This document shows positions 13,243-26,020 of a stretch of 64,000 bases of DNA, one piece after another; position 1 is the stretch's first letter; each line of letters begins with the position of its first letter. A program made the position numbers and the translations under genes. This stretch comes from Octopus vulgaris (lineage: Eukaryota): positions 60,512,001 through 60,576,000 of the forward strand of contig OX597814.1 in the NCBI GenBank assembly GCA_951406725.2, written 5' to 3'. The notes below the pieces were generated by a model that saw only the letters and a program-made list of their open reading frames with translations, did not search any database and was not told the DNA's origin.

Positions 13243-13583
13243 GTGAAGGTGCATGGCTCAGTGGTTAGAGTGTCAGGCTCACAATCATAAAGTAGTGAGC
13301 TTGATTGCCGGACTGGACTGTGTGTTGTATTCTTGAGCAAGACACTTTATTTCACACTGCTCCAGTTCACTTATTTGTAGAAATGAGTTGCAGCGTCACT
13401 GGTGCCAAGCTGTATCAGCCTTTGCCTTTCCCTTGGATAATATTGGTGGCATGAAGAGGGGAGGCTGGTATGCATGGGTGACTGCTGGTCTTCCGCAAAC
13501 AACCCTGCCCAGACTTGTGCCTCGAAGGGTAACTAGGTGCAATTCCACGGTCATACATGAGCGAAGAGGGTCTTTACCCTTTA
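13243..13583 (+). mobile_element. tRNA-derived SINE family E (others: 23360-23701 -, 33137-33442 +, degenerate 45930-46125 +)
   Basis: Head gtgaaggcgcatggctcagtggttagagc...gagttcgattc, core ttgagcaagacactttatttcac..ccagttcactcagctg, tail gggtctttaccctt. Confidence 0.85.
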
Positions 13584-15217
13584 CAGATTTTCTATAGAAA
13601 TTGTAGCCAGCACTGATTTGTACAATGTTTTGTAGCTGAATACATCTAATGTAAACAATAATGTGATTGAAGATGGGAAAATATGTAATGGGTGTATATG
13701 CACATTTTAGTTCTTGCTCATTCTTCAGTACCACATCCAACCCATTAACCATCTCTAGAGATAACCTAAACATGTAATCACACATTATCCTGTAGTTTCA
13801 AGATTTCAATGGTGAGTTTGTACATTTTTAGAATGACATTGTAGAGTAAACTTCAAAATAAAACAGGCAGAATATTTGGGCCAAATATGGCTGGATTAAA
13901 TGCCAAAGGGTTAATGATTGTGAATGTAAATTTTGCATTGGCTACAGCAAGAAATAATGAAGGAGGCGTCTAGTCCTGGCATTCTTTGTCAAGAATCAAT
14001 GAATGTGAGTGTAGTTATTGTATGATTTCTAAGAAGAATTAATGAAGTTGAATATAGTTATCACATTGACTATGACAGGCATTAACAATGAAGAGCGTAG
14101 TTACTGTGTTAGTTCTGACAAGAATTAGTCTAATGATTTTATGATGATTGCTATTTAAAGTCAGGTTGAATATGGTGCTCTTGAGGCCCATTCTAAAAAC
14201 AAGAGACATGTTTTATGCAATTTGTTTCATCAGATACACTTTTACAATATTAAGTGCCAAAATGCTAAAATTCCCATGTTTCGGTGACATGAATTCTTCT
14301 GTAATTTTAGCCCCTAAATTAATTATTATTTAGATAATTATGACAATATAAAAAATTACTGCACACACATTTCATGTACCCTAGGCACAAAGAAGAGAAA
14401 ATATGTTTGTGCACTATATGCACATAATAAAAATATTTAAAAAAATTATCATGATCATGATGGTGGTGGTGGTTACGGTCTTTATAGTAGCACAAAGTCA
14501 CAACCTTGGGGAGAGGGAAGAGTTAGCTAAACAAACTCCTGTACATGACAGATATTAATTTTATTGACAATGGAAGAATCAAAAGTTCATTTAACCCTGG
14601 CAGGTCTTGAACTCAGAATATAAATGACATAGCTAAACAACATGACAAAATAATCCTTTCTACTATAAACACAAGGCCTGAAATTTTGTGAGAGGGAAAT
14701 AGTCAATTATATCAAACCCAGTGCTCAGCCAGTACTTATTTCAATGACCCCCTAGTAGGAAGAAAGACAATGTTGACATCAGAAGAATTTGAACTCAGAA
14801 TGTATAGATGGATAAAATGCTACCCAAGTACTTGGATAGCATTTTGTCCAGCATGCTAACAATTCTGCAAGTTCAACACCTTAACACATGACAATGGTTT
14901 CACATTTTGGAACAAGGCCAGTACTTTTCAGGGGAAGGGGTAAATCAATGACATCAATCCCAGTATTCAACTGGTACTTATTTCATCAACCCCAAAAGGA
15001 TGAAAGGTAAAGTCAACCTTGATAGTATTTGAACTCAGAACATCAAGATGGACGAAATGCCATTAAGCATTTTGCCTAGCATGTTTATGATTCTGCCAGC
15101 TTAACACATGATTTATAGACCCCGAAAGGATGAAAGGCAAAGCTAACCTATGAATGCCACTAAGTGTTTTACCTGACATGCTAACAATACTGCCAGCTTA
15201 ATACATAATATAATTAT

Positions 15218-16066
15218 ATGGAGAGATGCAAGCAAGAGAAATAATATTCTTAAGATTATAAACCTGGAAAAATTCAGGACAAGTTATTACATTTGGTAAA
15301 GTACAGAACAAGAACATTTTTACTTAAAATATTGCAGCTAAGGATAAAATTTCAAATAAAATATTTAGATTTAGAAAATATTAGCTTTTATTAAAACTAA
15401 AAATTTTATTACAAGTTATTACTGCTATTTGTTATTACCTGATACTTGTATTAAAAATTAAAAGTAACTCAATTAAAAAAATCTTTGCACTTTAAAAAAA
15501 TTCATTTTTTAAAATTATGAATTAATAATTAGAAATTTGAAAATAAGTTATAAAAAACATAATAGTACATAATTAGTTGGTACAATAAATACAATAATAC
15601 AAAAATCAGTTATATATCACAGTAAAATCTACCTATAACAACAAATTCACGGTAAAATTTGCTTGAGTTATCGCCTAAGCTATTGACAAGTTTTCTCATT
15701 TTTAGGCTTGACCCAATGTCTATTTTTTACATAATGCATTTGTCTACCTTATATACTATTCTACTTTGCCTAAAACTTTAGCTATATTGGTACTTCTGGC
15801 TCTCATATTTTTTAAGTATTCTAGTGTATCGATATTTTAACAAAATGATGGTACCTTTTTTAATTATAATATTACTTTATAAATTAAAATCAAATAATTT
15901 TTTAATATTCAAATTTTATCTTCAGCTGCAATACTTTAAGTAAAAATTTTCTTGTTCTGCACTTTACCAGATTTAATAACATGCCCTGAACTTTTCCAAC
16001 TTGTCCTGTACTTTTCCAGATTTATAATCTTAAGAATATTATTTCTCTTACTCACATTTTTCCATG
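15218..16066. repeat. Older AT-rich inverted repeat, ~150-bp arms and ~520-bp spacer
   Basis: gagaaataatattcttaagattataaacctggaaaa.. versus ..ttttccagatttataatcttaagaatattatttctc. Confidence 0.8.
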
Positions 16067-16688
16067 TAATCCATATTTTTTCCAGGTTATACTATTATGT
16101 TTAATTAATAATAAGTCAATTTAAGATTTTACCTTATTGAAAATTGACTAATAAATTTGATAAAAATTGTGTTATACAGTTAATAATTTCAAACAAAGGC
16201 ACAAAACAGCAGAGGAGTATAGCTGATTGAGTTGACCCTAGCACTTGATCAGTATTTTATTTATCAAGTCTAAAAAGATGAAGGACAAAATAGATCTTGG
16301 CAGAATTTGAACTCAAAATGTAATGAATCAGAAAAAACATACCAGAAGGTGTTTTTCCTGATACTCTGATGATGACTGCCAATCCACCACAAGGCCTAGA
16401 CTTCAGAGGAGATCAGAGTCAAAACCTATTGGAACACTAGCAATGACAACATTACCATTAAACTTCTGATTCAAACTCTCTTTCTCCTCCTCTACAAAAG
16501 TTCCTTATCTTATTTTATTCTGATAGCAGAAACAGCACCAGAGGAAAATATTTTAAACAAACTGACAAAGACAAGGAAAATACATGTCAGGTTCTACCCT
16601 CCCTCGAGGAAATTCCTCACACTAAACACAACAAAGACAAAGAAAAGAATTATTTTCTAATTCAAAAGAAAGAGAACTTAGCACTGAC

Positions 16689-16780
16689 CTGTGTCATCAA
16701 TTCTGGTTTTACTTAGATTCAGTCTCTCAAGTTGGACACAATTGTTCAAGTGTTGACTCTTCAAAAACCGGCTTGAAATT
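16689..16780 (-). CDS. LRR protein exon (92 nt, phase 2->1)
   Basis: ctcattcacag|A...ACAG|gtcagt. Translates (R)ISSRFLKSQHLNNCVQLERLNLSKTRIDDT. Confidence 0.9.
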
Positions 16781-17061
16781 CTGTGAATGAGATTTAAAAT
16801 ATAATAATGTAATAACAGTGTTTTTATGAAAATGTACTTGATTCAGCATCCATATTCAGTCAGATGACACTCCGTATTTGTTATGTAATTCTTCATATTA
16901 TGGCAAGAAAAAAGACAATTCTTTTATTTCTTTCTTTATTTCTTTTTTTATATTGATTTCAGGCATTGAACTTCGGTCATTTTAGAACACAGCTTTGAAA
17001 GATTTTTAGTGTATATCAACACCAGCACTTAAACAATGATGATGATGATGTGTATATGTGA

Positions 17062-17094
<33 letters not shown>

Positions 17095-17129
17095 TAAATT
17101 TGTAAACAAATCAAAATGTTTTAAATTAC

Positions 17130-18580
17130 AGAGAAGAGCAACACACATGGGTCCTTTTTATGTAAGCATTGATGTCATGTTCAATTCCTAGGGAAACAAG
17201 CTATTTTACATTTTTAAAATGAAAAATGATTTGATTAACCATATATAAAAAAAGCGAGATTACTAGTAGCTCAAATTTTGCCGTAGGGAATTTATCCTGT
17301 AACACCAGTTATTAATTTCTCTTGCATTTTGTGAGTACAATATAGGTTTTTTTATATAACTAATGCCAAATATTTTTTTTTAGAACACCAGAAATTATAT
17401 CCTAAATGGCACCAATTTTATATTTCACTGTACTACTTCTAGTAAAATTATCATAGAATACATTACATCCATGTTATATATGTATCCATCTTCTTGTAAT
17501 ACCATTTTTTTTTATTTTATTTACTCTAGCATTTCATAAGTGAGTACAATATAGTTTTTTGTATAACTAATATTTTAAATAAAAATATTTTTTCTTAGAA
17601 CAATGGAAAATATATCTTAACCAATTTAAATGACATCAATGTCATTCATCCAATCTTTATTTAGGTTTCCCAATCTAATTCTTTGTATATTATACCCCCC
17701 ATGATAAGTTACATCCATCTTTCTACCACTTCCCTCACGTAAACTTTTATAAAATAATATATTTAAATTTCGGAGATGTTCTTGCATAGTGAGTGACTTG
17801 ATCTGAGATCGTATGCTGGAAAGAAAACAATTGCAGCGTGGAAGGTGTTTATAAGCCATTTAAGAAACACACAAAACCGTTAGATTCACTTCAACATTTA
17901 AATTTAATTTGTCAAAATATTTTCGTCGCTTTGAGACCACAACCTGTTCACTGACAAAGCTTCGTGCTCACAAAGCTTTGTCAGTGAACAGGTTGCGGTC
18001 TCAAAGCCACGAAAATATTTTGACAAATTAAATTTAAATGTTGAAGTGAATCTAACGGTTTTGTGTGTTTCTTAAATGGCTTATAAACACCTTCCATGCT
18101 GCAATTGTTTATATTTAAATTTAAATTCATATATAGTAATTAGATATATTTTTCAAATAAATTTGATGTTTTAGTAGAATTTCAATGTTCAATATTAGCT
18201 AAATTTTAAACAATAAATTTCTAATCACATGAACTCTACATCCTAATAAGTAGTTTGTTTACATTTGAAAATTCCTAAACATGATTCTCAAATAAATCAT
18301 TTCGTAACTCAAAACAGAAAATATATCTATTTTTCCTGAAGAGATCTAACAATATATTGTTTATCACATCTATAAAAGTTACAATTATTGATGACTCAAA
18401 CATATTGTTGGATTGAAACATATGTAGAATTTTGGGGGAATATTTTTGGGTTATTTTGTTGATGTGGTTCCTTTTATACTTGTTGTTATAGGTATATCTT
18501 TTAATTTGCATTACTATTCCAATTCTGATACAAATAAAATGAACCAAGCATCTTTTATATTTTTTCTTCTCCATTTTCGT
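17130..18580 (-). mobile_element. Possible highly decayed Penelope-like RT remnant
   Basis: Faint motifs in RT order on minus: PKIL.., IIVTFIDV, GRKMD, WMNDIDVI, FLGIE..YIKRTH. Very AT-eroded. Confidence 0.3.
17825..18110. repeat. Near-perfect palindrome, 138-bp arms with a loop of 10 nt or less
   Basis: aaacaattgcagcgtggaagg...gacaaagctt | cgtgctcaca | aagctttgtc...ccttccatgctgcaattgttt, few mismatches. Confidence 0.95.
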
Positions 18581-18595
18581 TTATTAACTTTTTAA

Positions 18596-18647
<52 letters not shown>

Positions 18648-18715
18648 TGTATACATATATATATATTCTTTTATGTTTCAGCCTTGAGGCTATGACCATG
18701 CTGGGGTACCACCAG

Positions 18716-18773
<58 letters not shown>

Positions 18774-19035
18774 AACACATATACATATATATGGGTAGAC
18801 ACAGAGACAGATAGATTATAAGATGGTTAATTTTTTGACCCTCACATGGGTCAGATAGAATTCCATGAGGCACATTTTCCACACTCATGTTCCCTCCTTG
18901 TTGCCAACTTTCACCTGCAGTAACAAGTAATCAAATTTACTTATGGCTAGACATGTCTCCATGGAAGATTAAAAATAAAGAACATTTCTTGTGTGATGGT
19001 AATGCTTCTTTAAAACTATAGTGCAATATTAAGGA

Positions 19036-19088
<53 letters not shown>

Positions 19089-19679
19089 CAATGTTTGTTT
19101 TTATATTGTTATAATAAGAACAATTTTACATTAATCTGATGGGTTACTCTATACTTTTGTAGAGTACAAATTTATCATTCTTAAACAAGAATGTTGCTCA
19201 CAATGACTTTGATGTTTTGGCCATTGCTAGAGCATGATGCATTAGTTAGTCTTGCCTTTATATTGTCTTTATTGAGTTACCTTTTAGCACACTGAATTTT
19301 TTCAAAAAATATTTCCCCTGCCACTGCCCTGTTACTACAAGGGAGAAAACTCTATGGTAACCTAATGCACTTACAGAGTGCTAAAGGTTAAAATCAACTT
19401 TGGGTGTGTGCATTTGTACCTTTGATGTTTACATTGTCAAAGTAAAAGGATTAAATCCAATTATACCAAAAGCAACAAAACTATCATCACACCTTGTGTC
19501 TAACTAACAAAAAGGAAACATCTGCCAGTTTGTATACAAATTTCTACATACCTGAAAAAATTGTAAACAATAGCATAACCCCAAATTTAATCAATCAAAA
19601 TTTTTCTTAAAACACCTTTCAATTACAACTAACTATAAAAACCTTAATATAAACCACATACCTTACTATATATATATAT

Positions 19680-20300
19680 ATATTATAGTGGGGTAGGCTG
19701 GTTTATGAGGTTACCATGGGTTTCTCACTCATAAGGGGTTTAGTCTTATATTGTATCTTCAGACCCCAAACATGCTGGCTTGAGACCTCTTTAAAATATA
19801 AAGTGGTGCAAAGCCTCGATTTTAAGGATAAAATCCTAGGTGATTATCTCGTTTTGCCATTGTCTATCAATCTTCAGCCGTGCTGCCATCTTGCGGTCAC
19901 CAAAGCACCACAAAGGTAAACAATTGTCTCCCTTCAGCCTTAGCTATTGGTTTCCAGCTGTGGTGCAGCCATGCGGATTCCAAAAAGCCAGCAGGAATTT
20001 TCCAAATGCAAGCATGGTCCGAAAATCTCCGTCCTGGAGTTCAGGATTCCCCCTGGCATGAGCAAGTCCTTAAGGATCCTCGAGCATTCAGCAATGCATA
20101 ACTTGCACCATTTCATCCCATTGATGTAGGGGCCTGAGTTCTCAAGCATTTTCCATGCAATCGAATAGGGAATCTCTTCATTTCATAATTACCAGATATG
20201 GCTGGCCAGCAATGTCACATATCTCCTTTCCAGGATTCTGAAGGAGGCCAAATGATTGGAAATATGCTATTTGAGAGAGTTCTGAGTGTACCCTATGTAC
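19680..20300 (-). mobile_element. Penelope-like element remnant (GIY-YIG endonuclease C-terminus)
   Basis: YIGYTQNSLK*HISNHLASFR...LLASHIW*L*NEEIPYSIAWKMLENSGPYINGMKWCKLCIAE...ILNSRTEIFGPCLH fits the PLE pattern YIG..NH..SF..L..IW.L..W....C.LC..E..LN.R.E...C.H. Confidence 0.75.
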
Positions 20301-21491
20301 TACTGTGGGCGTGTGATGTCGTTGATCCTGTTGCTGTTGTTGTTGCTGCTACTGTTGCCATCACACCTGTCACTGCTGTTGTTGCACTTGTCATCATTGT
20401 AGGTGCTGCTGTCATTGGTGTTGCTACTATTGCTGCTGATATATATGATATATAGATATATTATCTCTGTGAGTGTGTAATGCACCCAGAATGGCGCTAG
20501 GAAGACCCTAGTTCAAATAAGGATTCAATACATGTATTAGGTAAAAGAGCTATGTTTATTACTAGCAAAAGTCCTGTTTTGAGATCTCATTTATCTTACA
20601 AGTCATGTGGTAGTATATCATATACATACACACATGGTTTATATACTCCCCATGAAATAATTCCATCAATGGATCTCCTGGATTTCAGCAACATAAAACT
20701 CTGCATTGTATTCTTTCATATTAGATTACTGTGTGATATGATAGCCAGGTCCATGATAGGAGCTTCCTGTGATCACCACAGAATTCTATGAATCCAAATT
20801 AAAACACACACACGCACTCATATATACATATACCCATACACAACCTGGTAGTATTACAATTTAGGATTGCTAATGAAATATAGGAACAAGAAATTACCTG
20901 TCAGTATTTGTTAACAACATCCCCAATTAACTTAGGTTTATTCTATTCAGCAACCTTTTATTGCTAAACTAATAGTTTAGTTTATCTAATTATTTCATGA
21001 AACATAATATTACTGTCAACTCCTTTCCACAAGTAGATAACAAATTTGCTTGTTGAGAAATACTTCTGTCTATCTATACATCCATCTCTATAACTATCCA
21101 GTCATCCCACCTTCAAGCTGTCTATATAGCTATCTATTTCAATCAAGGTTACTCTCTCTCTCTTAACCAGGAAATGTGAAATTAATAGTATTAACAGGTC
21201 ATAATGATAATACACATACATATATATATACACACACACACACACACATATATATATACACATATGAACATATATATATATGCATATGTATACATTCACA
21301 CACACCCCACACACACATATGGTCCAGTCATAGCCAGCATAGAAAGTGGACATTAAATAATGATGAATGATGATGATGATAATGTATGTATGTATACATA
21401 CATGCATGTAGGGTTGGAACAAAAGTTTGCACCACTTTTCAATTGGTGGCATTTAAACATGAGTTTGTGTCTCACATGACAGAAGCATAGG

Positions 21492-21561
<70 letters not shown>

Positions 21562-23054
21562 TATATATAGAGAGAGAGAAAGAATTTACAAAACAACAAA
21601 AGACGAAGACAGGTGTATAAACAACAAACAGATGTATTAATTTAATGTTCTGGAAGTGAGAAAGTCTTTTACATTTCGAGCCTACGCTCTTCGACAGAAA
21701 GGAACACAGAAATAAACAGGGAGAGACAATAGAAAAAGGTTTAGTGGCCAGCGATCTATCATGGCAAATGCTGGACAGAGGGTCACACAGGAGAGCTAGG
21801 AAGAAGGGGAGATAATAAAGTAGTGGTGATCCCAAAATGAAATTCCGAAAGGTAGCATTTCAACAGATCTTTCAATATGAATACTGTGTGGATAATATAT
21901 TTCTATTGCTGTTATGTTAGAAGTGAAAATGGAAAAAAATGAACATGATGAATGAAGAACAAGTACTGGGGGGGGGGGGTTAATGTAGTAATGGAATAAA
22001 GAGTGAATCCAATAATGCATGAGAGTGAAGAGCAGCAGAACAAAAATATAGATACACTAGCCAAGGGAAGGATATGTGAGACAGGACTTGAATTCTTTAG
22101 AACAATTGACTGAAAGAATACAATGAAATTAACATTGGGAGTGGAAAATCCAACATTTTAGTCAGAGTCCTTCTTCAGGGAAAAGTTGGGAAGAAAATAA
22201 AGGAAAGACAGCAGACTTTTACGACTTTGGAAAAGTTGGAAAGATTGGCTGCAACTGATGAGGAATGCATGCAAGTGTGAACTTCATACATAGAAAGGAG
22301 AGAAATAGGAGCGAGAGACTTTGTCAGAGAAGTATGAGAAAAGAGAAATGGAAGAGAAGTAATCGATTGTTTGGGTGAGGTGGAGGGAAAAACTGAGGTG
22401 AGGTGAGTTGAAGGATAAGAAAGGGATTACTGAACTAAGTAGGAGTAGAAGGAAAATCATTTGTTTAACTCTTTAGCATTCAGATTACATATGCCCCTTC
22501 ACTGCATGTGGTGGGTGGCTTTATATCAGGATTGCATTATTCTGGATACACAGGACTCTTAGCCTTGTAAAGATGGTAATGTCTAATTGAGAAAAGTATG
22601 GCTACTTCTAGAAGTGTGAGCAACTCTACAGTGACTATGATGATGCTGTGAGCTTTCACAGGGTCTCTGAGAAACTATTGGGATGAGAGAAATAAGGCAC
22701 AACTCCAAATTATCTTCAGAATAAAGGCTACTCCAGATGTTTGCAAAAGAAGGATTCCAACTAACAGTCACTAGTGTTTAGATATTGTTAAACCTAGGAA
22801 TGAATTGAATCTCCCAACTATGACTGATATTGTCAATCAGACAGGTTTCCTCACAATTTCCATCTGCCCAATTCCATTCATATGTCTATAAGAGAAGACA
22901 CTAGTCTCAGGTGCTGTACATTACAAATGAACCCAAAGTCATGTAACTGTGAAACAAACTACTTAAACACATGGTCATACCAATACCAATTGTAATGAAG
23001 ATAACTATTGGTAATTAGTAAATGTAGAAAGTAGAAAGAATAACATAATATTAC

Positions 23055-23094
23055 CTGGTTGAAGCAAGGCTTAGTTCAAGCAGTCTGGGGAATG
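23055..23094 (-). CDS. LRR protein micro-exon (40 nt, phase 1->2)
   Basis: ttttctttcag|CA...ACCAG|gtaata. Translates (S)FPRLLELSLAST; required to keep frame between the flanking exons. Confidence 0.85.
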
Positions 23095-24587
23095 CTGAAA
23101 GAAAACAATATTAGGTTGTATATGCACATATATACATAAACATACAAACATAAATAAATGCAGACAGCTTTCAAATATTGTATAGTCACTCTCAGACAGC
23201 ACTTGCTAAACAAGAGCAGCAAAAATATATACATTAATTTAGTGCTGAGAACAATATCCAACAATATTCAATACTTATTCTATTGGTCTCTTTTTGCTAA
23301 ACACCAGTTGTCATGCAGTTAGAGACATATATAGAGAAACACATGCATACACAAACATAAAGGGTAAAGACCCCTTCAGCCATGAATGATCATGGGATTG
23401 CACCTAGAAAGTTACCCTCCGAGACACAAGCCCGAGCAAGGTTGTTTATAGAAGACCAGCAGTTGCCCATGCATACCAGCATCCCTTCTCCCTGCCACTG
23501 ATGTTATCCAAGGGAAAGGCAAGGGCTGATACAGTTTGGCACCAGTGATGTTACAACTTGTTTCTACAGCTGAGTGAACTGGAGCAATGTGAAATAAATT
23601 GTCTTGCTCAAGAACACAACACACAACCCAATTCAGGAATCAAATTCACTATCTCATGATTGCGAGCCCGATGTTCTAACCACTGAGCCACGTGCCTTCA
23701 CACATATGTACATGTATATGTACCTGATAGGTGTGAGAGGGTAGAGCTGGCCAGTTTGAACATAAAACAGGTAGAATGTTTTAGCCTGATATGGCTAGTT
23801 TAAAAGGTATTCAGAATCACAACCTTATTAAACTCTTTAAAATGAAAGCCTACACAAAAATAATGCTGACCTAGATACTGTTGTTTCCATGACTACCACC
23901 AATATTATCTTCTTCATAAAAGCGGCAAGCTGGCAAAATCATTAGCATGCCAGGCAAAATGCTTAGTGACATTTTATCTGTCTTCACGTTTTAAGTTCAA
24001 ATTCCACCAAGGTCAACTTTGCCTTTCATCTTTTCAGGATTAGTAAAATATGTACCAATTTGAGTTCTGAGTTTGATGTAATCATCTCACCCCTATCCTG
24101 GATACTGATGGTCTTGTGCCAAAATTTGAAATCAATATTATTTTCATCATAATTTTCACTTATAATCTTTTCTACTATAGGCAAAAGACCTGAAATTTTA
24201 GTGGAGAGGGAGCTAGTCAGTTACATCAACCCCAGTGCTCAACTGGTACTTATTTCATTGGTCTCAAAAGGATATAAAGCAAAGTCAATCTCAGCAGAAT
24301 TTGAACACAGATCATAAAAAAAGGACAAGACCATCAGTTTCAGTGGAGAGGGTAAGTCAATTACATCAACCCAAGTGTTCAACTGCTACTTATTTTATCA
24401 TCCCAGAAAACATGAAAGCAAAGCTGAACTCAGAACAAAAAAGACAGAAGAAATGTCACTATGTATTTTGCTGATGGGATAATGCTTCAGCTGACTCGCT
24501 ACTTTTTCAGACATTAATAATAAACAATGGTTTGATAGGGATGCTTTAAAAATACTGACTATAGATAAGTCATAAGGATATACTTAC

Positions 24588-24659
24588 ATTCAAACACAGC
24601 TGCAGATGCATTGGTTATTTTGGTTCTGTCCAAGTAGAGAACTTCCAAATTGCAGAGAT
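24588..24659 (-). CDS. LRR protein exon (72 nt, phase 1->1)
   Basis: ttctttacag|AT...GAAT|gtaagt. Translates (D)LCNLEVLYLDRTKITNASAAVFE. Confidence 0.92.
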
Positions 24660-24929
24660 CTGTAAAGAAATGGAACAAACAAAAATAGAATCCATTTAAT
24701 TTACAGAAAAATATTTCCATAGAGTTAAAAGGCAAAATCAAGAATGAATACAAAAACCATTACAGAATTAGATCTGATTTATGGTTCAAAATATATTCTA
24801 ACAAGAAAACTATTCAGACAGAAAAATCAAAACAAACAATAAATAAATAAATCAAAATAAAAACACAACTCCATATATCCTGATCAACATATTGACTTTG
24901 GACAACATGGTCTAAGAACAATGTTACAA

Positions 24930-25460
24930 TCCACCCACGTAATGATTATCACATCACATCCCACACATGTCCAGATCTCCACTTTACATCTTGCACAACA
25001 TACCAGTACCGTCACACTATACTATACTATAACACACTTCACACAGTATGGCCTGATTTTCACATTCCACTTTGCACAATATGTGCAAGACTTCCAACAT
25101 TCTCTTCCACATGTGACATCGATGCTATGACTTCTACATATCACTCCACACAACATGACAACACTTCCACACTTCACTCCACATGTCATGACTTCAATGC
25201 CATGACTTCCACACATCACTCCACACAACAGGACAAGATTTACACATTTCTCACCACACATCATGACATCAAAGCTCTGACTTCCTACACTACATCACTA
25301 CACACACTACTCCACACCATATTATGACATCGATGCTACAACTTCCACGCATGACAAGACTCCCACACATCACTCCACCCAACATCATGACCAGACTTCC
25401 ACATTCTTCTCCACACGATATCATGACTTGAGGCTATACTCTACACAACACAATCCAACT
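24930..25460. repeat. Degenerate CA-rich minisatellite
   Basis: Recurring cacatcactccacacaacatgac...gacttc units. Confidence 0.75.
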
Positions 25461-25600
25461 GCCAAACTATAATCAATAAGAAAGATGTTATGTATGTTAT
25501 GAGAGAAAATGTGTTTCTTCATCAAAATTAATTATGGCCATAAGGTTTCCCTGGCTACTACTGTGACCTATACCACCACCTCTTCAATAACAACAACAGC

Positions 25601-25768
25601 GCAGGAGTGGCTATGTGGTAAGTAGCTTGCTTACCAACCACATGGTTCCAGGTTCGTTCCCACTGCTTGACATCCTGGGCAAGTGTCTTCTACTATAGCC
25701 TCGGGCCAACCAAAGCCTTGTGAGTGGATTTGGTAGACGGAAACTCGAAGAAGCCCATCGTATATATG

Positions 25769-25799
<31 letters not shown>

Positions 25800-26020
25800 A
25801 TATGTTTGTGTGTCTGTCTTTGTCCCCCCAACATCGCTTGACAACTGATGCTGGTGTATTAATGTCCATGTAACATAGTGATTCGGCAAAAGAGACCTAT
25901 AGAATAAGTACTAGGCTTCCAAAGAATAAGTCCTGGGGTTGATTTGCTTGACTAAAAACGGTGCTCCAGCATGGCCGTGGTCAAATGACTGAAACAAGTA
26001 AAAGAGTAAAAGAGTAAGAG
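25601..26020 (+). mobile_element. tRNA-derived SINE family A, best full copy (others: 10220-10622 -, 27514-27810 +, 42885-43100 -, 43876-44195 +, 45225-45620 -, 50440-51015, 51455-51805 +, 60130-60330 -, 63676-64000 +)
   Basis: A box tggctatgtggt, B box ggttcgttccc, internal (TA)/(TG) microsatellite, 3' end ggtgctccagcatggccg...gactgaaacaagt(aaaagagt)n. Confidence 0.85.

Noticed and set aside
24930-25460. CRISPR-like or coding repeat array
   Set aside because: Eukaryotic context, degenerate units without unique spacers, no cas genes, no splice signals.
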